Source of the DNA: Eledone cirrhosa
Lineage: Eukaryota
NCBI GenBank assembly: GCA_964016885.1
Contig: OZ024741.1
Coordinates: forward strand, 409,324,001 to 409,388,000
Length of the DNA: 64,000 nucleotides
Reading direction: 5' to 3'
Shown here: positions 1 to 13,500 of the stretch, piece by piece
Position numbering within the stretch: the stretch's first letter is position 1
How the letters are laid out: each line of letters begins with the position of its first letter
Program-made: the position numbers and the translations under genes
Notes under the pieces: model-generated
The model's input: only the letters and a program-made list of their open reading frames with translations
Database searches by the model: none
Told to the model about the DNA's origin: nothing

Positions 1-135
1 GTACCAACATAACTTTGCAAAGAAAGGGTGGTGTGGGCAGAAGTGGTGAGGGATGTGGGGTGTATAATATATTTATATATCTAGGGATTGTAACGTCCAG
101 TTATAAAATGAATATATATGTGTGTGTATATATAT

Positions 136-200
136 ATTCAATTCCCAGACCGGGCAATGTGTTATGTCCTTGAGCAAGACACTTTATTTCACGTTGCTCC
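136..200 (+). mobile_element. tRNA-derived SINE fragment (CORE-like domain)
   Basis: B-box-like ttcaattccc followed by tgtccttgagcaagacacttt. Same family as the minus-strand copy at ~61450-61575. Confidence 0.55.
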
Positions 201-304
201 TTCTACCTGGAGTTGCAACCGATAGATATTAGCAATTGGGAAGAGCAATGGAAACGTTGTTTCCTCGGTCCGATTTGATGACCGTCAATATATATATATT
301 CATT

Positions 305-505
305 TTATTAAGGCTAAAAAGTGAGTCTTGTTATTGTGAGATTCGTCTGCTTATCCCAGGGTCATCAGACTGTTTTATGACCCTGGGATAAACAGGTGAA
401 ACTCCAGAGTAACAAACACTCACTATTCAGCCTTAATAATATTGTATATTAAAACTACTTTGGCATTGAGTAGTCCTTTCTCTCAGCCGTCAACCACATA
501 CGGAG

Positions 506-507
<2 letters not shown>
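305..507 (+). mobile_element. Fold-back element with degenerate hammerhead motifs (Penelope-like pLTR relic)
   Basis: Imperfect inverted repeat 305-439 (ttatcccagggtcat / atgaccctgggataa), unpaired tail 440-507, (TA)n on both sides. CTGATGA on the minus strand at 362-368; GAAA-ctccagag-TA on plus at 398-411. Confidence 0.55.
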
Positions 508-536
<29 letters not shown>

Positions 537-825
537 CAAACAAAGAAAGATAAAGGGAGGGAGGGAGGGGATTACTTGTGTGGGTGGTCAACCTGTGTTT
601 TTGTTTTTCATAACATTTAATGCTGAGAGGTAGGGGGGGGGGGGTAATTTGAATCAAGTATTGGAGCTTCCATAACAACTATAGAGTTACCACAGCTCTC
701 TCTCTCTCTCCCTCTTCACACATACATCCACACACACCACACCACACCCCTACATACATCCCATTGTTGTTATTCTAATACAGCTGTAGACTTCGGTAAT
801 TTAGATTTCTACATCAATTGTACCT

Positions 826-1025
826 CACTATGTATGTGTGTGTATTCACGTGTAAATATGTGGGTGTGCATGTGTGTCTGTATATGTATGTTCACGTGTA
901 AATGTGTGTGTGTGTGTATGTCTGTATCTGTGTCTATATATGTATGTTCACGTGTAAATGTGTGTGCGCATGTAAATGAGTATGTGTGTGTATGTGTATC
1001 TCTATATATGTGAGAGAGAGAGAGA
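826..1025. repeat. (TG)/(TA)/(GA) compound microsatellite
   Basis: Degenerate dinucleotide runs seen directly. Confidence 0.85.
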
Positions 1026-1242
1026 AGTGGATGTGATGAAGTGTGGTGGTGATTGTGAGAGGAGTTTAATCCTAGAAAGTAGCACCAGATGTGACAGGAT
1101 AACTGGTAGAACGACGTCAACAGTGAAGGTGAATTAACAGATTAAGAGAAGTCACAGCTGGCCATGTCTATAGGGTGCCAGCTAGAATGGTTTGTTCCAC
1201 TTAACTACCCCTATAGCTCTATATTGATTTTATCACCGAAAG

Positions 1243-1460
1243 GAGGCGATAGTAGATTGGCAGAATCAGTAGAGTGTCGGACAACATGCTTTGCAGTATA
1301 TAGTTACGTCTCTTTTACATTCTGAGTACAAAACCCGCCAAGGTTAACTTTGCCATTCATCTTTACGGGGTCGATAAAATAAAGTACCAGTAATACACTG
1401 GGTTCAAATTAATCGCCCTTGCCCTCCCCCTTTTGTTAACCTTGTGCCTAAATCGCAAAC
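1243..1460 (+). mobile_element. tRNA-derived SINE (Meta-like central domain)
   Basis: A-box-like tggcagaatcagtag, degenerate B box, then aggttaactttgccattcatctttacggggtcgataaaataaagtaccagt. Homologous copies at ~29.8, ~38.0 and ~50.1 kb. Confidence 0.65.
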
Positions 1461-1507
1461 CATGCACAAAATGGCTGGCTATATACAGTTCAATCAATCA
1501 ACTCCCT

Positions 1508-4500
1508 GTAACTGGTACAGTCAGTCACTGGTACAGCCAGTCACTGGGGTGTCACTGGTACAGCCAGTCACTGGGGAGTCACTGGTACAGTCAGTCATTA
1601 GGGAGTCACTGGTACAGCCAGTCACTGGGGTGTCACTGGTACAGCCAGTCACTGGGGTGTCACTGGTACAGCCAGTCACTGTGGTGTCACTGGGGTGTCA
1701 CTGGTACAGCCAGTCACTGGGGTGTAACTGGTACAGCCAGTCACTGGGGAGTCACTGGGGTGTCACTGGTACAGTCAGTCATTGGGGTGTAACTGGTACA
1801 GCCAGTCACTGTGGTGTCACTGGTACAGCCAGTCATTGGGGTGTAACTGGTACAGCCAGTCACTGTGGTGTCACTGGTACAGCCAGTCACTGGGGAGTCA
1901 CTGGTACAGTCAGTCATTGGGGTGTCACTGGTACAGTCAGTCATTGGGGTGTCACTGGTACAGCCAGTCACTGGGGTGTCACTGGTACAGCCAGTCATTG
2001 GGGTGTCACTGGTACAGCCAGTCACTGGGGTGTCACTGGTACAGCCAGTCACTGGGGTGTCAGTGGTACAGCCAGTCACTGGGGTGTCACTGGTACAGCC
2101 AGTCACTGGGGTGTCACTGGTACAGCCAGTCACTGGGGTGTCAGTGGTACAGCCAGTCACTGGGGTGTCACTGGTACAGCCAGTCACTGGGGAGTCACTG
2201 GTACAGCCAGTCACTGGGGTGTCACTGGTACAGCCAGTCACTGGGGAGTCACTGGTACAGCCAGTCACTGGGGTGTCACTGGTACAGCCAGTCACTGGGG
2301 TGTCACTGGTAAAGCCAGTCACTGGGGAGTCACTGGTACAGCCAGTCACTGGGGTGTCACTGGTACAGTCAGTCACTGGGGTGCCACTGGTACAGGCAGT
2401 CACTGGGGTGTCACTGGTACAGCCAGTCACTGGGGAGTCACTGGTACAGCCAGTCACTGGGGTGTCACTGGTACAGCCAGTCACTGGGGTGTCACTGGTA
2501 CAGCCAGTCACTGGGGTGTCACTGGTACAGCCAGTCACTGGGGTGTCACTGGTACAGCCAGTCACTGGGGAGTCACTGGTACAGCCAGTCATTGGGGTGT
2601 CACTGGTACAGCCAGTCATTGGGGTGTCACTGGTACAGCCAGTCATTGGGGTGTCACTGGTACAGCCAGTCACTGTGGTGTCACTGGTACAGCCAGTCAC
2701 TGGGGTGTCACTGGTACAGCCAGTCACTGGGGTGTCACTGGTACAGCCAGTCATTGGGGTGTCACTGGTACAGCCAGTCACTGGGGTGTCACTGGTACAG
2801 CCAGTCACTGGGGTGTCAGTGGTACAGCCAGTCACTGTGGTGTCAGTGGTACAGCCAGTCACTGGGGTGTCACTGGTACAGCCAGTCACTGGGGTGTCAG
2901 TGGTACAGCCAGTCACTGTGGTGTCAGTGGTACAGCCAGTCACTGGGGTGTCACTGGTACAGCCAGTCATTGGGGTGTCACTGGTACAGCCAGTCACTGT
3001 GGTGTCACTGGTACAGCCAGTCACTGGGGTGTCACTGGTACAGCCAGTCACTGGGGTGTCACTGGTACAGCCAGTCATTGGGGTGTCACTGGTACAGCCA
3101 GTCACTGGGGTGTCACTGGTACAGCCAGTCATTGGGGTGTCACTGGTACAGCCAGTCACTGGGGTGTCAGTGGTACAGCCAGTCACTGGGGTGTCACTGG
3201 TACAGCCAGTCACTGGGGAGTCACTGGTACAGCCAGTCATTGGGGTGTCACTGGTACAGCCAGTCACTGGGGAGTCACTGGTACAGCCAGTCACTGGGGT
3301 GTCACTGGTACAGCCAGTCACTGGGGTGTCACTGGTACAGCCAGTCATTGGGGTGTCACTGGTACAGCCAGTCACTGGGGAGTCACTGGTACAGCCAGTC
3401 ATTGGGGTGTCACTGGTACAGCCAGTCACTGGGGAGTCACTGGTACAGCCAGTCATTGGGGTGTCACTGGTACAGCCAGTCACTGGGGTGTCACTGGTAC
3501 AGCCAGTCACTGGGGTGTCACTGGTACAGCCAGTCACTGGGGTGTCACTGGTACAGCCAGTCATTGGGGTGTCACTGGTACAGCCAGTCACTGGGGAGTC
3601 ACTGGTACAGCCAGTCATTGGGGTGTCACTGGTACAGCCAGTCATTGGGGTGTCACTGGTACAGCCAGTCATTGGGGTGTCACTGGTACAGTCAGTCATT
3701 GGGGTGTCACTGGTACAGTCAGTCATTGGGGTGTCACTGGTACAGCCAGTCACTGGGGTGTCACTGGTACAGCCAGTCACTGGGGTGTCACTGGTACAGT
3801 CAGTCATTGGGGTGTCACTGGTACAGCCAGTCACTGTGGTGTCACTGGTACAGCCAGTCACTGGGGAGTCACTGGTACAGCCAGTCATTGGGGTGTCACT
3901 GGTACAGCCAGTCATTGGGGTGTCACTGGTACAGCCAGTCATTGGGGTGTCACTGGTACAGTCAGTCATTGGGGTGTCACTGGTACAGCCAGTCACTAGG
4001 GTGTCACTGGTACAGCCAGTCATTGGGGTGTCACTGGTACAGCCAGTCACTGGTACAGTCAGTCACTGGGGTGTCACTGGTACAGCCAGTCACTGGGGTG
4101 TCACTGGTACAGCCAGTCACTGGGGAGTCACTGGTACAGCCAGTCATTGGGGTGTCACTGGTAAAGCCAGTCACTGGGGTGTCACTGGTAAAGCCAGTCA
4201 CTGGGGTGTCACTGGTACAGCCAGTCATTGGGGTGTCACTGGTACAGCCAGTCACTGGGGTGTCACTGGTAAAGCCAGTCACTGGGGTGTCACTGGTACA
4301 GCCAGTCATTGGGGTGTCACTGGTACAGCCAGTCATTGGGGTGTCACTGGTACAGCCAGTCACTGGGGAGTCACTGGTACAGCCAGTCATTGGGGTGTCA
4401 CTGGTAAAGCCAGTCACTGGGGAGTCACTGGTACAGCCAGTCATTGGGGTGTCACTGGTACAGCCAGTCACTGGGGAGTCACTGGTACAGCCAGTCACTG

Positions 4501-7500
4501 GGGTGTCACTGGTACAGCCAGTCACAGGGGTGTCACTGGTACAGCCAGTCACTGGGGAGTCACTGGTACAGCCAGTCACTGGGGTGTCACTGGGGTGTAA
4601 CTGGTACAGCCAGTCACTGGGGTGTCACTGGTACAGCCAGTCACTGGGGAGTCACTGGTACAGCCAGTCATTGGGGTGTCACTGGTACAGCCAGTCACTG
4701 GGGTGTCACTGGTACAGCCAGTCACTGGGGTGTCACTGGTACAGCCAGTCATTGGGGTGTCACTGGGGTGTAACTGGTACAGCCAGTCATTGGGGTGTCA
4801 CTGGTACAGCCAGTCACTGGGGTGTCACTGGTACAGCCAGTCACTGGGGTGTCACTGGGGAGTCACTGGTACAGCCAGTCACTGGGGTGTCACTGGTACA
4901 GCCAGTCACTGGGGAGTCACTGGTACAGCCAGTCACTGGGGTGTAACTGGTACAGCCAGTCATTGGGGTGTCACTGGTACAGCCAGTCACTGTGGAGTCA
5001 CTGGTACAGCCAGTCACTGGGGAGTCACTGGTACAGCCAGTCACTGGGGAGTCACTGGTACAGCCAGTCACTGTGGAGTCACTGGTACAGCCAGTCATTG
5101 GGGTGTCACTGGTACAGCCAGTCACTGAGGTGTCACTGGGGAGTCACTGGTACAGCCAGTCATTGGGGTGTCACTGGGGTGTAACTGGTACAGCCAGTCA
5201 TTGGGGTGTCACTGGTACAGCCAGTCATTGGGGTGTCACTGGTACAGCCAGTCATTGGGGTGTCACTGGTACAGCCAGTCACTGGGGTGTCACTGGTACA
5301 GCCAGTCACTGGGGTGTCACTGGGGAGTCACTGGTACAGCCAGTCACTGGGGTGTCACTGGTACAGCCAGTCACTGGGGAGTCACTGGTACAGCCAGTCA
5401 CTGGGGTGTAACTGGTACAGCCAGTCATTGGGGTGTCACTGGTACAGCCAGTCACTGTGGAGTCACTGGTACAGCCAGTCACTGGGGAGTCACTGGTACA
5501 GCCAGTCACTGGGGAGTCACTGGTACAGCCAGTCACTGGGGAGTCACTGGTACAGCCAGTCACTGTGGAGTCACTGGTACAGCCAGTCATTGGGGTGTCA
5601 CTGGTACAGCCAGTCACTGAGGTGTCACTGGGGAGTCACTGGTACAGCCAGTCATTGGGGTGTCACTGGGGTGTAACTGGTACAGCCAGTCATTGGGGTG
5701 TCACTGGTACAGCCAGTCATTGGGGTGTCACTGGTACAGCCAGTCACTGGGGTGTCACTGGGGAGTCACTGGTACAGCCAGTCATTGGGGTGTCACTGTG
5801 GTGTCACTGGTACAGCCAGTCATTGGGGTGTCACTGGTACAGCCAGTCATTGGGGTGTCACTGGTACAGCCAGTCATTGGGGTGTCACTGGTACAGCCAG
5901 TCACTGGGGTGTCACTGGAACAGTCAGTCACTGGGGTGTCACTGGTACAGCCAGTCATTGGGGTGTCACTGGTACAGCCAGTCACTGTGGAGTCACTGGT
6001 ACAGCAAGTCACTGGGGTGTCACTGGTACAGCCAGTGATTGGGGAGCCACTGGTACAGCCAGTCACTGGGGTGTCACTGGTACAGCCAGTCACTGGGGTG
6101 TCACTGGTACAGCCAGTCACTGTGGAGTCACTGGTACAGCCAGTCACTGGGGTGTCACATGTACAGCCAGTCACTGGGGTGTCACTGGTACAGCCAGTCA
6201 TTGGGGTGTCACTGGTACAGCCAGTCACTGGGGTGTCACTGGTACAGCCAGTCACTGGGGTGTCACTGGTACAGCCAGTCATTGGGGTGTCACTGGTACA
6301 GCCAGTGATTGGGGAGCCACTGGTACAGCCAGTCACTGGGGTGTCAGTGGTACAGCCAGTCATTGGGGTGTCACTGGTACAGCCAGTGATTGGGGTGTCA
6401 CTGGTACAGCCAGTCACTGGGGTGTCACTGGTACAGCCAGTCATTGGGGTGTCACTGGTACAGCCAGTCATTGGGGTGTCACTGGTACAGCCAGTCACTG
6501 GGGTGTCACTGGTACAGCCAGTCATTGGGGTGTCACTGGTACAGCCAGTCACTGGGGTGTCACTGGTACAGCCAGTCATTGGGGTGTCACTGGTACAGCC
6601 AGTCACTGGGGTGTCACTGTTACAGCCAGTCATTGGGGTGTCACTGGTACAGCCAGTCATTGGGGTGTCACTGGTACAGCCAGTCACTGGGGTGTCACTG
6701 GTACAGCCAGTCATTGGGGTGTCACTGGTACAGCCAGTCACTGGGGTGTCACTGGTACAGCCAGTCACTGGGGTGTCACTGGTACAGCCAGTCACTGGGG
6801 TGTCACATGTACAGCCAGTCACTGGGGTGTCACTGGTACAGCCAGTCATTGGGGTGTCACTGGTACAGCCAGTGATTGGGGAGCCACTGGTACAGCCAGT
6901 CACTGGGGTGTCAGTGGTACAGCCAGTCACTGGGGTGTCACTGGTACAGCCAGTCACTGGGGAGTCACTGGTACAGTCAGTCACTGGGGTGTCACTGGTA
7001 CAGCCAGTGATTGGAGTGTCAGTGGTACAGCCAGTCACTGGGGTGTCAGTGGTACAGCCAGTCATTGGGGTGTCACTGGTACAGCCAGTCACTGGGGTGT
7101 CAGTGGTACAGCCAGTCATTGGGGAGCCACTGGTACAGCCAGTCATTGGGGTGTCACTGGTACAGCCAGTCACTGGGGAGTCACTGGTACAGTCAGTCAC
7201 TGGGGTGTCACTGGTACAGCCAGTGATTGGGGTGTCAGTGGTACAGCCAGTCACTGTGGTGTCACTGGTACAGCCAGTCATTGGGGTGTCACTGGTACAG
7301 CCAGTCACTGTGGTGTCACTGGTACAGCCAGTCACTGGGGTGTCACTGGTACAGCCAGTCATTGGGGTGTCACTGGTACAGCCAGTCACTGGGGTGTCAC
7401 TGGTACAGCCAGTCACTGTGGTGTCACTGGTACAGCCAGTCATTGGGGTGTCACTGGTACAGCCAGTCACTGTGGTGTCACTGGTACAGCCAGTCACTGG

Positions 7501-10500
7501 GGTGTCACTGGTACAGCCAGTCATTGGGGTGTCACTGGTACAGCCAGTCACTGGGGTGTCACTGGTACAGCCAGTCACTGTGGTGTCACTGGTACAGCCA
7601 GTCACTGGGGTGTCACTGGTACAGTCAGTCATTGGGGTGTCACTGGTACAGCCAGTCATTGGGGTGTCACTGGTACAGCCAGTCACTGTGGTGTCACTGG
7701 TACAGCCAGTCACTGGGGTGTCACTGGTACAGCCAGTCATTGGGGTGTCACTGGTACAGTCAGTCATTGGGGTGTCACTGGTACAGCCAGTCATTGGGGT
7801 GTCACTGGTACAGCCAGTCATTGGGGTGTCACTGGTACAGCCAGTCACTGTGGTGTCACTGGTACAGCCAGTCACTGGGGTGTCACTGGTACAGCCAGTC
7901 ACTGTGGTGTCACTGGTACAGCCAGTCACTGGGGTGTCACTGGTACAGCCAGTCATTGGGGTGTCACTGGTACAGCCAGTCATTGGGGTGTCACTGGTAC
8001 AGCCAGTCACTGTGGTGTCACTGGTACAGCCAGTCATTGGGGTGTCACTGGTACAGCCAGTCACTGGGGTGTCAGTGGTACAGCCAGTCATTGGGGTGTC
8101 ACTGGTACAGCCAGTGATTGGGGTGTCACTGGTACAGCCAGTCATTGGGGTGTCACTGGTACAGCCAGTCACTGGGGAGTCACTGGTACAGCCAGTCATT
8201 GGGGTGTCACTGGTACAGCCAGTCACTGGGGTGTCACTGGTACAGCCAGTCACTGGGGTGTCACTGGTACAGCCAGTCACTGGGGTGTCACTGGTACAGC
8301 CAGTCATTGGGGTGTCACTGGTACAGCCAGTCACTGGGGAGTCACTGGTACAGCCAGTCATTGGGGTGTCACTGGTACAGCCAGTCATTGGGGTGTCACT
8401 GGTACAGCCAGTCATTGGGGTGTCACTGGTACAGTCAGTCATTGGGGTGTCACTGGTACAGTCAGTCATTGGGGTGTCACTGGTACAGCCAGTCACTGGG
8501 GTGTCACTGGTACAGCCAGTCACTGGGGTGTCACTGGTACAGTCAGTCATTGGGGTGTCACTGGTACAGCCAGTCACTGTGGTGTCACTGGTACAGCCAG
8601 TCACTGGGGAGTCACTGGTACAGCCAGTCATTGGGGTGTCACTGGTACAGCCAGTCATTGGGGTGTCACTGGTACAGCCAGTCATTGGGGTGTCACTGGT
8701 ACAGTCAGTCATTGGGGTGTCACTGGTACAGCCAGTCACTAGGGTGTCACTGGTACAGCCAGTCATTGGGGTGTCACTGGTACAGCCAGTCACTGGTACA
8801 GTCAGTCACTGGGGTGTCACTGGTACAGCCAGTCACTGGGGTGTCACTGGTACAGCCAGTCACTGGGGAGTCACTGGTACAGCCAGTCATTGGGGTGTCA
8901 CTGGTAAAGCCAGTCACTGGGGTGTCACTGGTAAAGCCAGTCACTGGGGTGTCACTGGTACAGCCAGTCATTGGGGTGTCACTGGTACAGCCAGTCACTG
9001 GGGTGTCACTGGTAAAGCCAGTCACTGGGGTGTCACTGGTACAGCCAGTCATTGGGGTGTCACTGGTACAGCCAGTCATTGGGGTGTCACTGGTACAGCC
9101 AGTCACTGGGGAGTCACTGGTACAGCCAGTCATTGGGGTGTCACTGGTAAAGCCAGTCACTGGGGAGTCACTGGTACAGCCAGTCATTGGGGTGTCACTG
9201 GTACAGCCAGTCACTGGGGAGTCACTGGTACAGCCAGTCACTGGGGTGTCACTGGTACAGCCAGTCACAGGGGTGTCACTGGTACAGCCAGTCACTGGGG
9301 AGTCACTGGTACAGCCAGTCACTGGGGTGTCACTGGGGTGTAACTGGTACAGCCAGTCACTGGGGTGTCACTGGTACAGCCAGTCACTGGGGAGTCACTG
9401 GTACAGCCAGTCATTGGGGTGTCACTGGTACAGCCAGTCACTGGGGTGTCACTGGTACAGCCAGTCACTGGGGTGTCACTGGTACAGCCAGTCATTGGGG
9501 TGTCACTGGGGTGTAACTGGTACAGCCAGTCATTGGGGTGTCACTGGTACAGCCAGTCACTGGGGTGTCACTGGTACAGCCAGTCACTGGGGTGTCACTG
9601 GGGAGTCACTGGTACAGCCAGTCACTGGGGTGTCACTGGTACAGCCAGTCACTGGGGAGTCACTGGTACAGCCAGTCACTGGGGTGTAACTGGTACAGCC
9701 AGTCATTGGGGTGTCACTGGTACAGCCAGTCACTGTGGAGTCACTGGTACAGCCAGTCACTGGGGAGTCACTGGTACAGCCAGTCACTGGGGAGTCACTG
9801 GTACAGCCAGTCACTGTGGAGTCACTGGTACAGCCAGTCATTGGGGTGTCACTGGTACAGCCAGTCACTGAGGTGTCACTGGGGAGTCACTGGTACAGCC
9901 AGTCATTGGGGTGTCACTGGGGTGTAACTGGTACAGCCAGTCATTGGGGTGTCACTGGTACAGCCAGTCATTGGGGTGTCACTGGTACAGCCAGTCATTG
10001 GGGTGTCACTGGTACAGCCAGTCACTGGGGTGTCACTGGTACAGCCAGTCACTGGGGTGTCACTGGGGAGTCACTGCTACAGCCAGTCACTGGGGTGTCA
10101 CTGGTACAGCCAGTCACTGGGGAGTCACTGGTACAGCCAGTCACTGGGGTGTAACTGGTACAGCCAGTCATTGGGGTGTCACTGGTACAGCCAGTCACTG
10201 TGGAGTCACTGGTACAGCCAGTCACTGGGGAGTCACTGGTACAGCCAGTCACTGGGGAGTCACTGGTACAGCCAGTCACTGGGGAGTCACTGGTACAGCC
10301 AGTCACTGTGGAGTCACTGGTACAGCCAGTCATTGGGGTGTCACTGGTACAGCCAGTCACTGAGGTGTCACTGGGGAGTCACTGGTACAGCCAGTCATTG
10401 GGGTGTCACTGGGGTGTAACTGGTACAGCCAGTCATTGGGGTGTCACTGGTACAGCCAGTCATTGGGGTGTCACTGGTACAGCCAGTCACTGGGGTGTCA

Positions 10501-13500
10501 CTGGGGAGTCACTGGTACAGCCAGTCATTGGTGTGTCACTGTGGTGTCACTGGTACAGCCAGTCATTGGGGTGTCACTGGTACAGCCAGTCATTGGGGTG
10601 TCACTGGTACAGCCAGTCATTGGGGTGTCACTGGTACAGCCAGTCACTGGGGTGTCACTGGAACAGTCAGTCACTGGGGTGTCACTGGTACAGCCAGTCA
10701 TTGGGGTGTCACTGGTACAGCCAGTCACTGTGGAGTCACTGGTACAGCAAGTCACTGGGGTGTCACTGGTACAGCCAGTGATTGGGGAGCCACTGGTACA
10801 GCCAGTCACTGGGGTGTCACTGGTACAGCCAGTCACTGGGGTGTCACTGGTACAGCCAGTCACTGTGGAGTCACTGGTACAGCCAGTCACTGGGGTGTCA
10901 CATGTACAGCCAGTCACTGGGGTGTCACTGGTACAGCCAGTCATTGGGGTGTCACTGGTACAGCCAGTCACTGGGGTGTCACTGGTACAGCCAGTCACTG
11001 GGGTGTCACTGGTACAGCCAGTCATTGGGGTGTCACTGGTACAGCCAGTGATTGGGGAGCCACTGGTACAGCCAGTCACTGGGGTGTCAGTGGTACAGCC
11101 AGTCATTGGGGTGTCACTGGTACAGCCAGTGATTGGGGTGTCACTGGTACAGCCAGTCACTGGGGTGTCACTGGTACAGCCAGTCATTGGGGTGTCACTG
11201 GTACAGCCAGTCATTGGGGTGTCACTGGTACAGCCAGTCACTGGGGTGTCACTGGTACAGCCAGTCATTGGGGTGTCACTGGTACAGCCAGTCACTGGGG
11301 TGTCACTGGTACAGCCAGTCATTGGGGTGTCACTGGTACAGCCAGTCACTGGGGTGTCACTGTTACAGCCAGTCATTGGGGTGTCACTGGTACAGCCAGT
11401 CATTGGGGTGTCACTGGTACAGCCAGTCACTGGGGTGTCACTGGTACAGCCAGTCATTGGGGTGTCACTGGTACAGCCAGTCACTGGGGTGTCACTGGTA
11501 CAGCCAGTCACTGGGGTGTCACTGGTACAGCCAGTCACTGGGGTGTCACATGTACAGCCAGTCACTGGGGTGTCACTGGTACAGCCAGTCATTGGGGTGT
11601 CACTGGTACAGCCAGTGATTGGGGAGCCACTGGTACAGCCAGTCACTGGGGTGTCAGTGGTACAGCCAGTCACTGGGGTGTCACTGGTACAGCCAGTCAC
11701 TGGGGAGTCACTGGTACAGTCAGTCACTGGGGTGTCACTGGTACAGCCAGTGATTGGGGTGTCAGTGGTACAGCCAGTCACTGGGGTGTCAGTGGTACAG
11801 CCAGTCATTGGGGTGTCACTGGTACAGCCAGTCAATGGGGTGTCAGTGGTACAGCCAGTCATTGGGGAGCCACTGGTACAGCCAGTCATTGGGGTGTCAC
11901 TGGTACAGCCAGTCACTGGGGAGTCACTGGTACAGTCAGTCACTGGGGTGTCACTGGTACAGCCAGTGATTGGGGTGTCAGTGGTACAGCCAGTCACTGT
12001 GGTGTCACTGGTACAGCCAGTCATTGGGGTGTCACTGGTACAGCCAGTCACTGGGGTGTCACTGGTACAGCCAGTCATTGGGGTGTCACTGGTACAGCCA
12101 GTCACTGGGGTGTCACTGGTACAGCCAGTCACTGGGGTGTCACTGGTACAGCCAGTCACTGTGGTGTCACTGGTACAGCCAGTCACTGGGGTGTCACTGG
12201 TACAGCCAGTCACTGTGGTGTCACTGGTACAGCCAGTCATTGGGGTGTCACTGGTACAGCCAGTCACTGTGGTGTCACTGGTACAGCCAGTCACTGGGGT
12301 GTCACTGGTACAGCCAGTCATTGGGGTGTCACTGGTACAGCCAGTCACTGGGGTGTCACTGGTACAGCCAGTCACTGTGGTGTCACTGGTACAGCCAGTC
12401 ACTGGGGTGTCACTGGTACAGTCAGTCATTGGGGTGTCACTGGTACAGCCAGTCATTGGGGTGTCACTGGTACAGCCAGTCACTGTGGTGTCACTGGTAC
12501 AGCCAGTCACTGGGGTGTCACTGGTACAGCCAGTCATTGGGGTGTCACTGGTACAGTCAGTCATTGGGGTGTCACTGGTACAGCCAGTCATTGGGGTGTC
12601 ACTGGTACAGCCAGTCATTGGGGTGTCACTGGTACAGCCAGTCACTGTGGTGTCACTGGTACAGCCAGTCACTGGGGTGTCACTGGTACAGCCAGTCACT
12701 GTGGTGTCACTGGTACAGCCAGTCACTGGGGTGTCACTGGTACAGCCAGTCATTGGGGTGTCACTGGTACAGCCAGTCATTGGGGTGTCACTGGTACAGC
12801 CAGTCACTGTGGTGTCACTGGTACAGCCAGTCATTGGGGTGTCACTGGTACAGCCAGTCACTGGGGTGTCAGTGGTACAGCCAGTCATTGGGGTGTCACT
12901 GGTACAGCCAGTGATTGGGGTGTCACTGGTACAGCCAGTCATTGGGGTGTCACTGGTACAGCCAGTCACTGGGGTGTCACTGGTACAGCCAGTCACTGTG
13001 GTGTCACTGGTACAGCCAGTCATTGGGGTGTCACTGGTACAGCCAGTCACTGTGGTGTCACTGGTACAGCCAGTCACTGGGGTGTCACTGGTACAGTCAG
13101 TCATTGGGGTGTCACTGGTACAGCCAGTCATTGGGGTGTCACTGGTACAGCCAGTCACTGTGGTGTCACTGGTACAGCCAGTCACTGGGGTGTCACTGGT
13201 ACAGCCAGTCATTGGGGTGTCACTGGTACAGTCAGTCATTGGGGTGTCACTGGTACAGCCAGTCATTGGGGTGTCACTGGTACAGCCAGTCATTGGGGTG
13301 TCACTGGTACAGCCAGTCACTGTGGTGTCACTGGTACAGCCAGTCACTGGGGTGTCACTGGTACAGCCAGTCATTGGGGTGTCACTGGTACAGTCAGTCA
13401 CTGGGGTGTCACTGGTACAGCCAGTCATTGGGGTGTCACTGGTACAGCCAGTCATTGGGGTGTCACTGGTACAGCCAGTCACTGGGGTGTCACTGGTACA

